DNA of 64,000 nt from an uncultured Planctomycetia bacterium. Lineage in GTDB: Bacteria > Omnitrophota > Gorgyraeia > B26-G9. Positions within the stretch are counted from its first letter, which is position 1, and each line of letters starts with the position of its first letter. Location of the stretch: NCBI GenBank assembly GCA_964437495.1, contig CAYTGV010000005.1, positions 759-64,758 of the forward strand, written 5' to 3'. Under the pieces are notes generated by a model, which was given only the letters and a program-made list of their open reading frames with translations, ran no database searches and was not told where the DNA came from. Positions 1 to 8,774 of this stretch are shown here, piece by piece. A program made the translations under genes and the position numbers.

Positions 1-3000
1 CGTCCGTGCTTTTAATCACATAGTTTGTTGCAACCAATTCTTCTTTATTAAAATCAAAATTTAGTGTTGCTGTAGCATTAAATTTTTCACCTGATGCCGA
101 TTGCCATCCCTCTAAAGATGAGGTTGGAGCCATTACACCTATTAATGCGATATCATTGAAAGATGAAAAATTTGAATCATTATACGTTAACAATCTGGTT
201 ATATTTGTAGATTGAAGTGTCATATCTACAGAACCAGACACTGATGCCTGGGTAACTGATACTAAACTCTTAGACTGCCAAACAAAAGCATTGTCTTCTC
301 CTGTAGTTCCTGTTAAAGCTACATCTTTATGTAAATAGCTAGCACTACTGCTGTAAAACTCAACATTACCCCTTGTACTTGAGCCTGTATGGTTATTAAT
401 AAATTCAGTAGGATTGTTGATAGTTTGGAGGTTGCTAATCAGGTCGTCACTTGTATAGATCGGATTCGAAAGCTGTATATCAGTAAGCATCTGATCTATT
501 GTCGAGCGGTCAACTGTAATATTTCCGCCGGCAGCCATAAAGGTAATCGTATCATTTGCTTCATAACCTTGCTTAAAATTCTGCTGACTTACCATCGTTG
601 ATATTTTAGCACGCGTATTGGTAATACCTGAAGTCACATTTGACACAGCCTGGGTATTCATAAAGCTGAGCTGGCGTGTACTGATTGTTTGTCCCCAAGC
701 CTGTCCAAAACTCAGGTTATTTGACTCTCCTGCTGTATCGCTGCCAGCTTGCTCGCCAAAAACCTCAGGATTTTTTTCTTTCTGCTCAGACCAGTACTCT
801 GCTTTTGCAGCATTTAGTGTCCAATAAGTATTGATACTGCCATCTTCATTATAATATTTTCCGTCCGCTCCTTGTTCTATACCGCTGTCCATGCCAAACA
901 TCATATATGACATTGTATCCATTTCACTGTTCCAGCTATCCATTGACAGCATTTTGTCATAAGCTGTAGCCTGACTATCTCCAGCATCGAATCCAACACT
1001 GCTAAATCCCTGATTGACCGCTGAAGAGATTTGCTGGCCAAGAGCATTCTGGAAAGCCTGCGTCTGCTCCTTTGAACTCATATTAGACATATCTACACTA
1101 TTATTTGTTGATGAGATATTAATAACTGATGATAAGTTATATGTTGCCTCAGAAGCCTGAGCATCAGTGTAATCAAGATTACGAATAAGAAATTCTTTAT
1201 ATCCACCGGTTAAAGATGAGGAAGCTCCTTCCCAAAAAGCATCTGACATCATATTAGTCCATGTAAAATTAACATCGTTAAAAGCCGTATCTGTTAAAGA
1301 TGAAGTCATACTGCCTATTGCCGAAGAAAAACCTGAAGTAAGAACAGGATCCCATCCATGTTCCTTACCAATGCGGTCTACAACCTTGCTGCCTATTGAC
1401 CCAACAAGTCCAGGAAGTGATTTGTACATATTCCCTTTAAAGGTCTGATCACTATGCAGGGCAGCCCCGCCTCCGGACTGTACAATCGTTCCTACTGTCA
1501 GCGCTATTCCTTCCATAACCAAAGGATCCCAGCCATGTTTATATCCTGCCTGCCTTACGGTTTCCATAGATAGGTTTGTTAATCCTCCGATAACCATATC
1601 CTTGAATATATAGCTTGAAGTAGTAGTAGTAGTAGTCGGTCCATAATTAAAAGCAGTACTTCCGGCCCAAGCACCTCCAAATCCAATAACAAAAGACCGA
1701 ACATAAGGATTAGTAACTCCAGCTGCATCTAATCCATAGACAAGCCCATATGATACAGCAGTTTGTTTGACAACATTTATAGCCACATTTTGTATAGCAA
1801 ATGGTGTCGCTGAACTTGATAACATAGCTAAACCGGTCGCGCCCACTGCTGTCCCCAATCCTCCGGTAAAAGATGTCCCAACAGTTCCCAAAGCCACGCC
1901 TTCAACACTAGTAGAGGCTACCGTTGAAGGTAAAGCTGCCCCTGCACCTGTTGCCATTGCCGATCCAGGTGATGCTGCAGAAAAAACTGCATTTCCTGCG
2001 ACATCTGTGCCCAGATATCCCATATTACTTTGAATACTCTCTGCCGGTCCCATAAAGGAAAAGGCAAAAGCAGCCACTCCATTCATTACAGCTTCAAGTA
2101 ACATTCTTTTGAAAATAATCTTAAATGCCTCTACATCATTATTCTTACAGGCCATTACCATATCATAGTCAAATAAATACCCTATAATTGTGCCGACAAA
2201 AGCACCTATTGCCATTCCAAGATTTGTATTACCTCCTAAGATTGTGCCAATAATACCGCCAATAATTGTGCAGACAGCAATGATAATAGTTTTAATTACT
2301 TGCCCAACTATCCTAGCAATATTTTCAGGCAGCATATGGTATAAAGTTACTACAGGCGCTATCATCATTTGGAAACTACCCATAGTCCTCTGCCAAAAAC
2401 CATCTTTTATCCGGTCCCAGTCTAGGGTTAAAATCCCTATCATCATCTGGATAGTACCTTGGATCCAGTTCTTCATACCGTTGTAAAAAGTTTTATAACC
2501 TTCGTAAACAGCTTTAACAAATTTCTTTACGTGATTATAAACAGCCTTAAATACACCGCCAAAAACACTGCGTCCGCCGCGGATCTGACGCATCTGCAGA
2601 TCAAGTAAACGATCTTTATCTATTGCTTTGTTATTTAAAGCCAGGACATAACCGTCCCAACGAATCTTAAGTTCTTCAATAGAGATAATCTCTGCTTTTC
2701 CATTATCAATAATTGAAACAGCATCTCCATCTATGTCTACAATAGTCACCCAGTGGTCATTATCTAAGTTAATAATTGCATTTTTATCAAGTTCCTTTAA
2801 GCTATCAAGGCTTAGCTTAAATCCTTCTAAGCTTATCCCGTACTTTTTGGCTACATTCTTTATTGCCATCATTGATGTCATTATATTTTTTTCTGTTATC
2901 TCTACTTCTCCTGTAGCGAGGATATCATCAACAATAAGCTCATAGGCCAGGTCTTCTTTAGAGGCCAGCTTGCGGCCTATATTTGCGGCAAAACTATCCA

Positions 3001-4171
3001 ATGCCTTTACCGCACAGTTGATAATGTTTACCGTATCATCCCAAACACCCTTTATTGCCTTTAAAATATAGGCCTTGCCAATATCAGCAAAGCTGTATCC
3101 GGCATCCACCATTGCCTTGGCAATAGCTGTCATATTACGGCTTAAGTCTGTTGCTATTTTTAATATGTCAACTGCGCTTATCCCGGCGGATTTAAATGCT
3201 GCCACAATATCTCTATCTGTAAAACCGGCATTTAACAGCGCCTCATAGATTTCTTTATCGCTATAGCTTACCTGTGCCTTATGGATTGACTGTACTATTT
3301 CCGTACAATTTAGATTTGCTTCTTTAAATATAGTTATGATATCTTTTAGATTAAATCCAATCTGGGCAAGAGCGTTTATGATACGCTCATTGGCAAGGCC
3401 GGCTTTCTTTAATATCCTAATTAGTTCTACACCGCGTTTGCCTTCATTTATCATTATGCGCACAAATTCAACACTCTGACGCAGCATTGCAGATTCTTTT
3501 GTGATTTTTTCGATCAACTTGGTAGGGTCTTTTTCGATCGGCATATCAGTTACTTTAGGAATTTCAAATATGCCTTCTTTGGCTTTAAGTACTTCTTCCT
3601 CTTTTTCTTCCTTTTTGTCCTTATCTAAAGGTGGTCCTGTTTTGCTTTCATCTACATCTGTCTTCTGCAGCTTCTTCTCTTCTTCAGCCTTAAGCAGTCC
3701 GCCTAAGAGTGTCTTAACATCATCCTTATCATAACCAGCTTTGATCAGCGCATGATATATCTCTTTCTTATTAAATCCCTGCCGCACAGCTCCAAATCCA
3801 GCTTCGGCAATTGAACATCCTGAACTTTTAAGAGTTGTAAATATAGCCGTCAGGTCATTACCGGCAATAGAAAGACCGCTGATCGTGGTATCGATTATCG
3901 GCATGGACTCTATCTGACCTTTAGTTATCACCTGCTCAAAGCCCATATAAGGCATTGCCGGATTAGTTAGCACAAGCTTATCACTCAGAGCATCAACAGA
4001 AAGCTTATCTCTGTTATCATTTGTCTGCTGGTTTTCCATCATCGCTTCTTTTGAGCCTTTATTCTCCCGGTAATTTGCTGCCCAGGAAATATCAGACATT
4101 GTAAATAGAAACGCCTCCAGCACAATAAAAGCAATTACCTTAAACCAAAGTTTTCCTGTTTGATCGTACAT
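1..4171 (-). CDS. Very large secreted protein, 5' part (>=1390 aa, open past left edge): signal peptide, 14-aa helical repeats, C39 peptidase domain, double-glycine motif, hydrophobic Gly/Ala-rich segments, Ser/Thr/Asn-rich region
   Basis: Hand translation from ATG 4171 (AGGAGG RBS upstream): MYDQTGKLWFKVIAFIVLEAFLFTMSDISWAANY... I found no in-frame stop to position 1, and its absence from the ORF track fits a missing stop. IINCAVKAL (Cys 3014-3016), DHWVTI (His 2753-2755), SIIDNG (Asp 2705-2707), LLDLQMRQIRGG (2573-2608). Confidence 0.9.
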   Translation of the reverse strand, partial: MYDQTGKLWFKVIAFIVLEAFLFTMSDISWAANYRENKGSKEAMMENQQTNDNRDKLSVDALSDKLVLTNPAMPYMGFEQVITKGQIESMPIIDTTISGLSIAGNDLTAIFTTLKSSGCSIAEAGFGAVRQGFNKKEIYHALIKAGYDKDDVKTLLGGLLKAEEEKKLQKTDVDESKTGPPLDKDKKEEKEEEVLKAKEGIFEIPKVTDMPIEKDPTKLIEKITKESAMLRQSVEFVRIMINEGKRGVELIRILKKAGLANERIINALAQIGFNLKDIITIFKEANLNCTEIVQSIHKAQVSYSDKEIYEALLNAGFTDRDIVAAFKSAGISAVDILKIATDLSRNMTAIAKAMVDAGYSFADIGKAYILKAIKGVWDDTVNIINCAVKALDSFAANIGRKLASKEDLAYELIVDDILATGEVEITEKNIMTSMMAIKNVAKKYGISLEGFKLSLDSLKELDKNAIINLDNDHWVTIVDIDGDAVSIIDNGKAEIISIEELKIRWDGYVLALNNKAIDKDRLLDLQMRQIRGGRSVFGGVFKAVYNHVKKFVKAVYEGYKTFYNGMKNWIQGTIQMMIGILTLDWDRIKDGFWQRTMGSFQMMIAPVVTLYHMLPENIARIVGQVIKTIIIAVCTIIGGIIGTILGGNTNLGMAIGAFVGTIIGYLFDYDMVMACKNNDVEAFKIIFKRMLLEAVMNGVAAFAFSFMGPAESIQSNMGYLGTDVAGNAVFSAASPGSAMATGAGAALPSTVASTSVEGVALGTVGTSFTGGLGTAVGATGLAMLSSSATPFAIQNVAINVVKQTAVSYGLVYGLDAAGVTNPYVRSFVIGFGGAWAGSTAFNYGPTTTTTTSSYIFKDMVIGGLTNLSMETVRQAGYKHGWDPLVMEGIALTVGTIVQSGGGAALHSDQTFKGNMYKSLPGLVGSIGSKVVDRIGKEHGWDPVLTSGFSSAIGSMTSSLTDTAFNDVNFTWTNMMSDAFWEGASSSLTGGYKEFLIRNLDYTDAQASEATYNLSSVINISSTNNSVDMSNMSSKEQTQAFQNALGQQISSAVNQGFSSVGFDAGDSQATAYDKMLSMDSWNSEMDTMSYMMFGMDSGIEQGADGKYYNEDGSINTYWTLNAAKAEYWSEQKEKNPEVFGEQAGSDTAGESNNLSFGQAWGQTISTRQLSFMNTQAVSNVTSGITNTRAKISTMVSQQNFKQGYEANDTITFMAAGGNITVDRSTIDQMLTDIQLSNPIYTSDDLISNLQTINNPTEFINNHTGSSTRGNVEFYSSSASYLHKDVALTGTTGEDNAFVWQSKSLVSVTQASVSGSVDMTLQSTNITRLLTYNDSNFSSFNDIALIGVMAPTSSLEGWQSASGEKFNATATLNFDFNKEELVATNYVIKSTD

Positions 4172-4189
4172 AAGATGCCTCCTGTTTCA

Positions 4190-4243
4190 CGGTTTTTTTA
4201 ACAATAAAAAAACCGAGCTGTTAAAACTTAAACAATTCGGTTT
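4190..4243 (-). terminator. Intrinsic terminator with mutually exclusive alternative hairpin between the small ORF and the giant gene
   Basis: Minus strand AAACCGAATTGTT/AACAGCTCGGTTT followed by TTTTATT; alternative pairing CGGTTTTTTT/AAAAAAACCG (4190-4215). Confidence 0.7.
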
Positions 4244-4725
4244 ATTATAAAATCTCTCAACTTTGCAGTTTTAGTTGGCGGTCCGGTTGAAACTTCATTT
4301 CTGCTTCTCGCCATAATCTCTTTAGTACTTGCCTTATCTTTATTTAAGCTATATGCCAGCTTAACATTATTTATATTAAAAAATGAGCAACTTAATGCTT
4401 TATAAATCTCGTTATTAAATACGCGCAATTCTTTTACAGATACGATTTTTGATATGGAATAATCGCTGCCTTCAAGCAAGCTAAACATGGCATCCAGATT
4501 AAGATGTGGTAAGTGCAATCCAACAAGGCTAAGCTGAAAACTGCCAATGCCGTCAATCAGACTTACAGACTTTGTAGCTATTCTATTAAATCTAAGAACA
4601 GCTTCCTTAAAGGTGTCCTTACTCTGGTACATAGCTGCCAGAGCAAAGTCAGCCTGAGTCAGCAACAAAGCCTGAATAATAATTACGACTATTATTTTAA
4701 GCCACAATTTCTTGCCCATAACCAT
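4228..4725 (-). CDS. Secreted hypothetical protein, paralogous to the N-terminus of the downstream giant protein
   Basis: ORF track 4228-4785; likely start MVMGKKLWLK (4725 or 4719). Signal peptide and several blocks align by eye with the giant ORF. Confidence 0.75.
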   Translation of the reverse strand: MVMGKKLWLKIIVVIIIQALLLTQADFALAAMYQSKDTFKEAVLRFNRIATKSVSLIDGIGSFQLSLVGLHLPHLNLDAMFSLLEGSDYSISKIVSVKELRVFNNEIYKALSCSFFNINNVKLAYSLNKDKASTKEIMARSRNEVSTGPPTKTAKLRDFIINRIV

Positions 4726-4767
4726 TCTTTCTTTATTCCACCCCGGGGGTGGAATTTTGGTTGATCT

Positions 4768-4863
4768 AATAAAAAAAGATAGCAAAACTGCGTTCCTCGT
4801 CCTTTAATTCTACTCAGGACGAATCCTGAGCCTGTCAAATGGATTCGGCAGCTCGGCTATCTT
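4768..4863 (-). terminator. Riboswitch expression-platform terminator overlapping the aptamer 3' strand
   Basis: AAGATAGCCGAGCTGC (4848-4863) pairs with GCAGTTTTGCTATCTT (4776-4791), followed by a U-tract. Confidence 0.7.
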
Positions 4864-4965
4864 GGCTTGCTTATCGCGTTATCGATACGCTCGGCGATCT
4901 TTGCATTAGCTTTAGACCCGTAGCTTTGCGCCCTCAAGTTTTCCTGAGTTTGCCATTTCGGTTTT
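4843..4965 (-). ncRNA. Cyclic di-GMP-I (GEMM) riboswitch with extended P3
   Basis: Minus strand GGCAAACTCAGGAAAACTTGAGGGCGCAAAGCTACGGGTCTAAAG...AAGATAGCCGAGCTGCCGAA matches the GEMM consensus blocks (GGCAAAC, P2 loop, CGCAAAG, GGTCTAA, GATAGC...CTGCC). Confidence 0.88.
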
Positions 4966-5010
4966 TATACTTATTAAAATAATTTAAAATCTCTTTAGTT
5001 ACTGTAATTA

Positions 5011-5039
5011 AGTATACCATGCCTTTTTACGCTTGTCAA
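5011..5039 (-). promoter_or_regulatory. sigma70-type promoter for the riboswitch/giant-gene transcript
   Basis: TTGACA-17 bp-TATACT with extended -10 TG. Confidence 0.8.
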
Positions 5040-5090
5040 TAGCCGGGCCTGGCCAGGAATAAGGTCATATTTTAATGATAGGTTAAGATA

Positions 5091-5363
5091 TTATACAGAG
5101 GGTTTTCCTTCGAGTAAAGTATCAATCTTTTCCACTTTATTGAAAATTGCAATAACCAGCTTAATCAGCTCAGAAGCGCTAAATAGCACTAGAAAATATA
5201 TGCCTCCACCAATTAAAAATACTAAACTTGCAGCTCTGGGTGTATCGCCTCCAGCACCAAAGAGTACAATAAGCGAAACAATAATAAAAAAAACCGCAGA
5301 TATCCATGCCAAAACCTTGAATATCAACGCACATAGGCTTAGAATTTTAACTCCTTTATTCAT
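5091..5363 (-). CDS. Small two-TM membrane protein, unknown function
   Basis: Two hydrophobic segments; AGGAGG RBS about 9 nt before ATG 5363. Confidence 0.75.
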   Translation of the reverse strand: MNKGVKILSLCALIFKVLAWISAVFFIIVSLIVLFGAGGDTPRAASLVFLIGGGIYFLVLFSASELIKLVIAIFNKVEKIDTLLEGKPSV

Positions 5364-5443
5364 AAACACTTACCTCCTTAATTATCCATCTTTATAGAGA
5401 GAATTAAGCCTCGCCCTGTTTTGTGGCGGGCATTAACCATTTT

Positions 5444-6655
5444 TTATGCGTGAATAAATATTTCTCTAATTACTAGGCTTGCCGCGCCTAGAGATACTGA
5501 GTTATCTCCTAGGCGTGAAGGAATTATCCTTACCATGCTGGCCGGCTCCTCAAAAGCAAGCCTTCTGACCATTCTCTTGATAGGCTCAAGAATAAGGTCT
5601 CCTGCACGCTCCATACCCCCACCCAGAATAACAATTTCAGGGTTGAACAGATTAATCAGATAAGCAATCCTGACACCAAGATTAAGTCCTGCCTTTTCAA
5701 GTATTTGTATACACTCTGTATCATTCTGTCTGGCTGCCTCAATGATTAACTCTACATCTACATTTTCAGCTATATTCTGAGCTAGCTCTTTAAGTTTTGG
5801 ACTCTTGCCAGACTTAAATGCTGCTACCCCTGAATCCACAATCCCTAGGTTTATGCTTCCCGGACGAAAAAGCCCCAATTCTTTGGTAAGATCATCATCT
5901 TCACCGCCAAGATTAAGCTGTACCTCTCCCGCACTACCTCCTGCGCCGGCATAGATCTCGCCCTTAATAATAATCCCGCAGCCAACATCAGAAAACATAT
6001 AAAGCACATTTTCTATTTCAGCATCCAAGCCAATTCTCTTTTCACCAAAAGCAGCAACTGTAGCGTCATTTCCCACAAAAGTCGGGATACCGAATTCTCT
6101 CTCAATTAAATTTTTAATTGAGATATAACTGGCTGCTGTTTTTCCTCGCTTAGGATCAGTATCTCTTACAGTTCCTGCCTTTGAATCAATAATACCAGAA
6201 ATCCCGATTCCCAATCCCTTTATCTTCTTTGCTTCAATCTGGGATTTTTCAATAACTTCATAAATCAATTCAATTGATTTGCTGACAACATCTTCCATTG
6301 ACTCTTTTGGACGCGGTTTTTTAACTTTTGTGATCATATTTAAAGAAAGATCAGTCAAAGCTGCAATAATATGTCCGGGCCCTATATCAATACCGATAAC
6401 AAAACAATTTCTGGAATTCAATTCAACTAATGTCGGTTTTCTACCGCCGCTTGAAATATCCAGCCCTTTTTCAACCACCAAATCTTTCTTTATATAGTTA
6501 TTTACATAATTAGAAACAGTAACAATATTATATTTTGTAATTCGAGATATTTCAGTTCTCGTCACTGGCCCGTAACGCCGGATAACTTCAAGTATATCAA
6601 GATTTTTACGCTCTCTGTCAGATAATATCTGATCTTTAAACAATGCACCCTTCAT
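5444..6655 (-). CDS. ROK family transcriptional regulator (NagC/XylR/Mlc-like)
   Basis: N-terminal HTH, SSGGRKP linker, GIDIG, NDATVAAFGE and GAGGSAGE ROK motifs. Confidence 0.93.
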   Translation of the reverse strand: MKGALFKDQILSDRERKNLDILEVIRRYGPVTRTEISRITKYNIVTVSNYVNNYIKKDLVVEKGLDISSGGRKPTLVELNSRNCFVIGIDIGPGHIIAALTDLSLNMITKVKKPRPKESMEDVVSKSIELIYEVIEKSQIEAKKIKGLGIGISGIIDSKAGTVRDTDPKRGKTAASYISIKNLIEREFGIPTFVGNDATVAAFGEKRIGLDAEIENVLYMFSDVGCGIIIKGEIYAGAGGSAGEVQLNLGGEDDDLTKELGLFRPGSINLGIVDSGVAAFKSGKSPKLKELAQNIAENVDVELIIEAARQNDTECIQILEKAGLNLGVRIAYLINLFNPEIVILGGGMERAGDLILEPIKRMVRRLAFEEPASMVRIIPSRLGDNSVSLGAASLVIREIFIHA

Positions 6656-6703
6656 CTTGCACCTCTCCTTTTAATTTATTTCTATTAGCAAATTTTCAGG
6701 CTT

Positions 6704-6727
6704 ACTTTATCTATATTATATTAAAGT
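6704..6727. promoter_or_regulatory. Possible ROK autoregulatory operator
   Basis: Palindrome ACTTTA-N12-TAAAGT between the promoter and the ROK start codon. Confidence 0.35.
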
Positions 6728-6769
6728 CTTTTTAAAGCCTACTATTTAATGCTTTTTAAATCTAAAACC

Positions 6770-6798
6770 ACTATATCACTTTTAATTTTTCATGTCAA
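6770..6798 (-). promoter_or_regulatory. sigma70 promoter of the ROK gene
   Basis: TTGACA-17-TATAGT. Confidence 0.65.
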
Positions 6799-6848
6799 GA
6801 ATGTTAAGTCAATCATGGTGTCAAGGACTCTGTTACTTTTTAAAGCAG

Positions 6849-6977
6849 TTGTGCTAGGAAGACTGTTTTTGCGGATTTAAAGATTGCTTTTACCATGGAT
6901 GAGCAAAAACACTCTTTCCCTCGCAGATAGCCAAGGAGGGCTATCGAGAATGAGCAAAAATAGTTTTTCTAGTACAA
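6849..6977 (+). repeat. Structured ~130-nt element, family A copy 1 (ANGGA hairpins)
   Basis: Terminal inverted repeats; homologous to 34268-34401 and 55024-55155. Confidence 0.8.
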
Positions 6978-7060
6978 TTTACACTTAAAGACCTTCCAAT
7001 GTTTCTGCTTACCATTTATAAAAGCAATTGACTTTCTTACGATATCAAGGCAATAATATA

Positions 7061-8506
7061 CTAGCTAATCCGCCAGGTTGTCTTTCCGTCCTTTGTATCC
7101 TCGATTACAATACCTATCTCCTGCAATTCATCACGAATTTTATCCGCAGCTTTAAAATCTCTTTGCTTTTTATATTTTAAGCGAAGTTCAATCTTTTCTA
7201 CAATTTTCCTCTCATTAATACCATCTAGCTGTTTTTTCTCAAAAGACAAAGCTAAAACATCAATTATTTCTCTAAGCACATTTCTTGCATAAACTAATTT
7301 ACTATCATTTTTTAAAGAATCATCTCTGTCAAGTTCACTATTAGCCGCAGTTACAATGTCAAATAAAACCGCCCGTGCTGTTGCCATATTGAAATTGTCA
7401 TCCATCGCCGACTTAAATTCTTCTCTAAAAAATTGGCCCGGTTTTACTCCTGTTCCCCAAGCCTGCTCCGGCTGCTCCTGCTTACCCATCAAATATCTAT
7501 CCAGCCGATCAAGAAGCAGGGAAATTTTCTCATAATTTTTTTTCGACTCTTCCATCTTTTCCCAAGAAAAATCTAATGAGCTTGAATAATGCGCTTGTAA
7601 ATAAAATATCTTCAAAATATCCGCCGAATATCTCTTGAGCACATCTTTTATGGTCACGAAGTTACCTGCTGATTTAGCCATCTTTTGTGCGTTTATAGTC
7701 AATAATCCGTGATGTATCCAGTAATTGGCAAACTTTTTTCCGGTAAACGCCTCTGACTGTGCTTTTTCATTTTCATGATGCGGAAATATAAGGTCTCTAC
7801 CTCCACCATGTATATCTAAGGTATCAACCCCAAGATATTCCCGGCTCATCACTGAACACTCTATATGCCAACCAGGCCTGCCATTACCCCAGGGGCTCTC
7901 CCAAGAAGGCTCTTCTTCCTTTACTTTTTTCCAAAGAGCAAAATCAACCGGATCTTTCTTATCAATATCAGCTTCAATCCTAACTGAATCCTGAACTTGA
8001 TCCAAGGAATTCCCGGACAGGCTTCCATAATTATCTAGTTTTCTGGGGGAAAAATAAACATTTCCGTTTTGCTCATAAGCAAATCCTTTTTCTATAAGTC
8101 CACTTATATACTCTATGATCTGCTTAATGTTTTCAGTAGCTTTTGGTTCTACATCAGCTTTAGGCAGACCAAGTCCTTTAAGATCATCATAATAATCCTT
8201 GATATAAAAATTGCGCACGCTCTCAAAGGCCTGTTTTAAGGATATATTATCCCTTTTCGCCCAGTCTCTTGCCTTCTTTATTATTTTATCGTCAACATCA
8301 GTGATATTTCTAACCAGCTTAATATCATATCCGCTAAACTTTAAGTATCTGCGTATAACCTCAAAGACATAAAGTGATCTGGCATGACCGATATGGCATG
8401 AGTCATAGACAGTTACTCCGCAGGTATACATGTTCACCTTGCCAGGATATTGCGCTGCAAAGACTTCTTTTTTGGATGTTTGAGAATTATATATATTTAT
8501 CGTCAT
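7061..8506 (-). CDS. cysS: Cysteine--tRNA ligase
   Basis: [25 protein letters not shown] motifs. Confidence 0.98.
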   Translation of the reverse strand: MTINIYNSQTSKKEVFAAQYPGKVNMYTCGVTVYDSCHIGHARSLYVFEVIRRYLKFSGYDIKLVRNITDVDDKIIKKARDWAKRDNISLKQAFESVRNFYIKDYYDDLKGLGLPKADVEPKATENIKQIIEYISGLIEKGFAYEQNGNVYFSPRKLDNYGSLSGNSLDQVQDSVRIEADIDKKDPVDFALWKKVKEEEPSWESPWGNGRPGWHIECSVMSREYLGVDTLDIHGGGRDLIFPHHENEKAQSEAFTGKKFANYWIHHGLLTINAQKMAKSAGNFVTIKDVLKRYSADILKIFYLQAHYSSSLDFSWEKMEESKKNYEKISLLLDRLDRYLMGKQEQPEQAWGTGVKPGQFFREEFKSAMDDNFNMATARAVLFDIVTAANSELDRDDSLKNDSKLVYARNVLREIIDVLALSFEKKQLDGINERKIVEKIELRLKYKKQRDFKAADKIRDELQEIGIVIEDTKDGKTTWRIS

Positions 8507-8774
8507 AATTTATCTCTTTTATTTTGTATTACGTATTTAGTATTAAGCATTGCGTCTAAAAACAAAGACCGCCCGATAATCATTCGCTCCGCTTATTAAG
8601 ACGATGGACAAACGTTCTCTTTGTTCTCTTAAAAAACTATTTTTAAAAACTTATACGCTTCTAGCCGTTACCGCTGTCTTTTAAACCAATACGGACATCG
8701 CAACCGCTCACCTTTTTGCTTTTACACTTTACTTTTTTTCTGTTGACCATCGACTATAAACTATTGGCCATAGA

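Noticed and set aside
389-3734. Several short + strand ORFs in the track
   Set aside because: Antisense shadows of the long minus-strand giant ORF.
8507-8774. T-box or other leader before cysS
   Set aside because: No T-box consensus seen; the region is heptamer repeats plus unassigned sequence.
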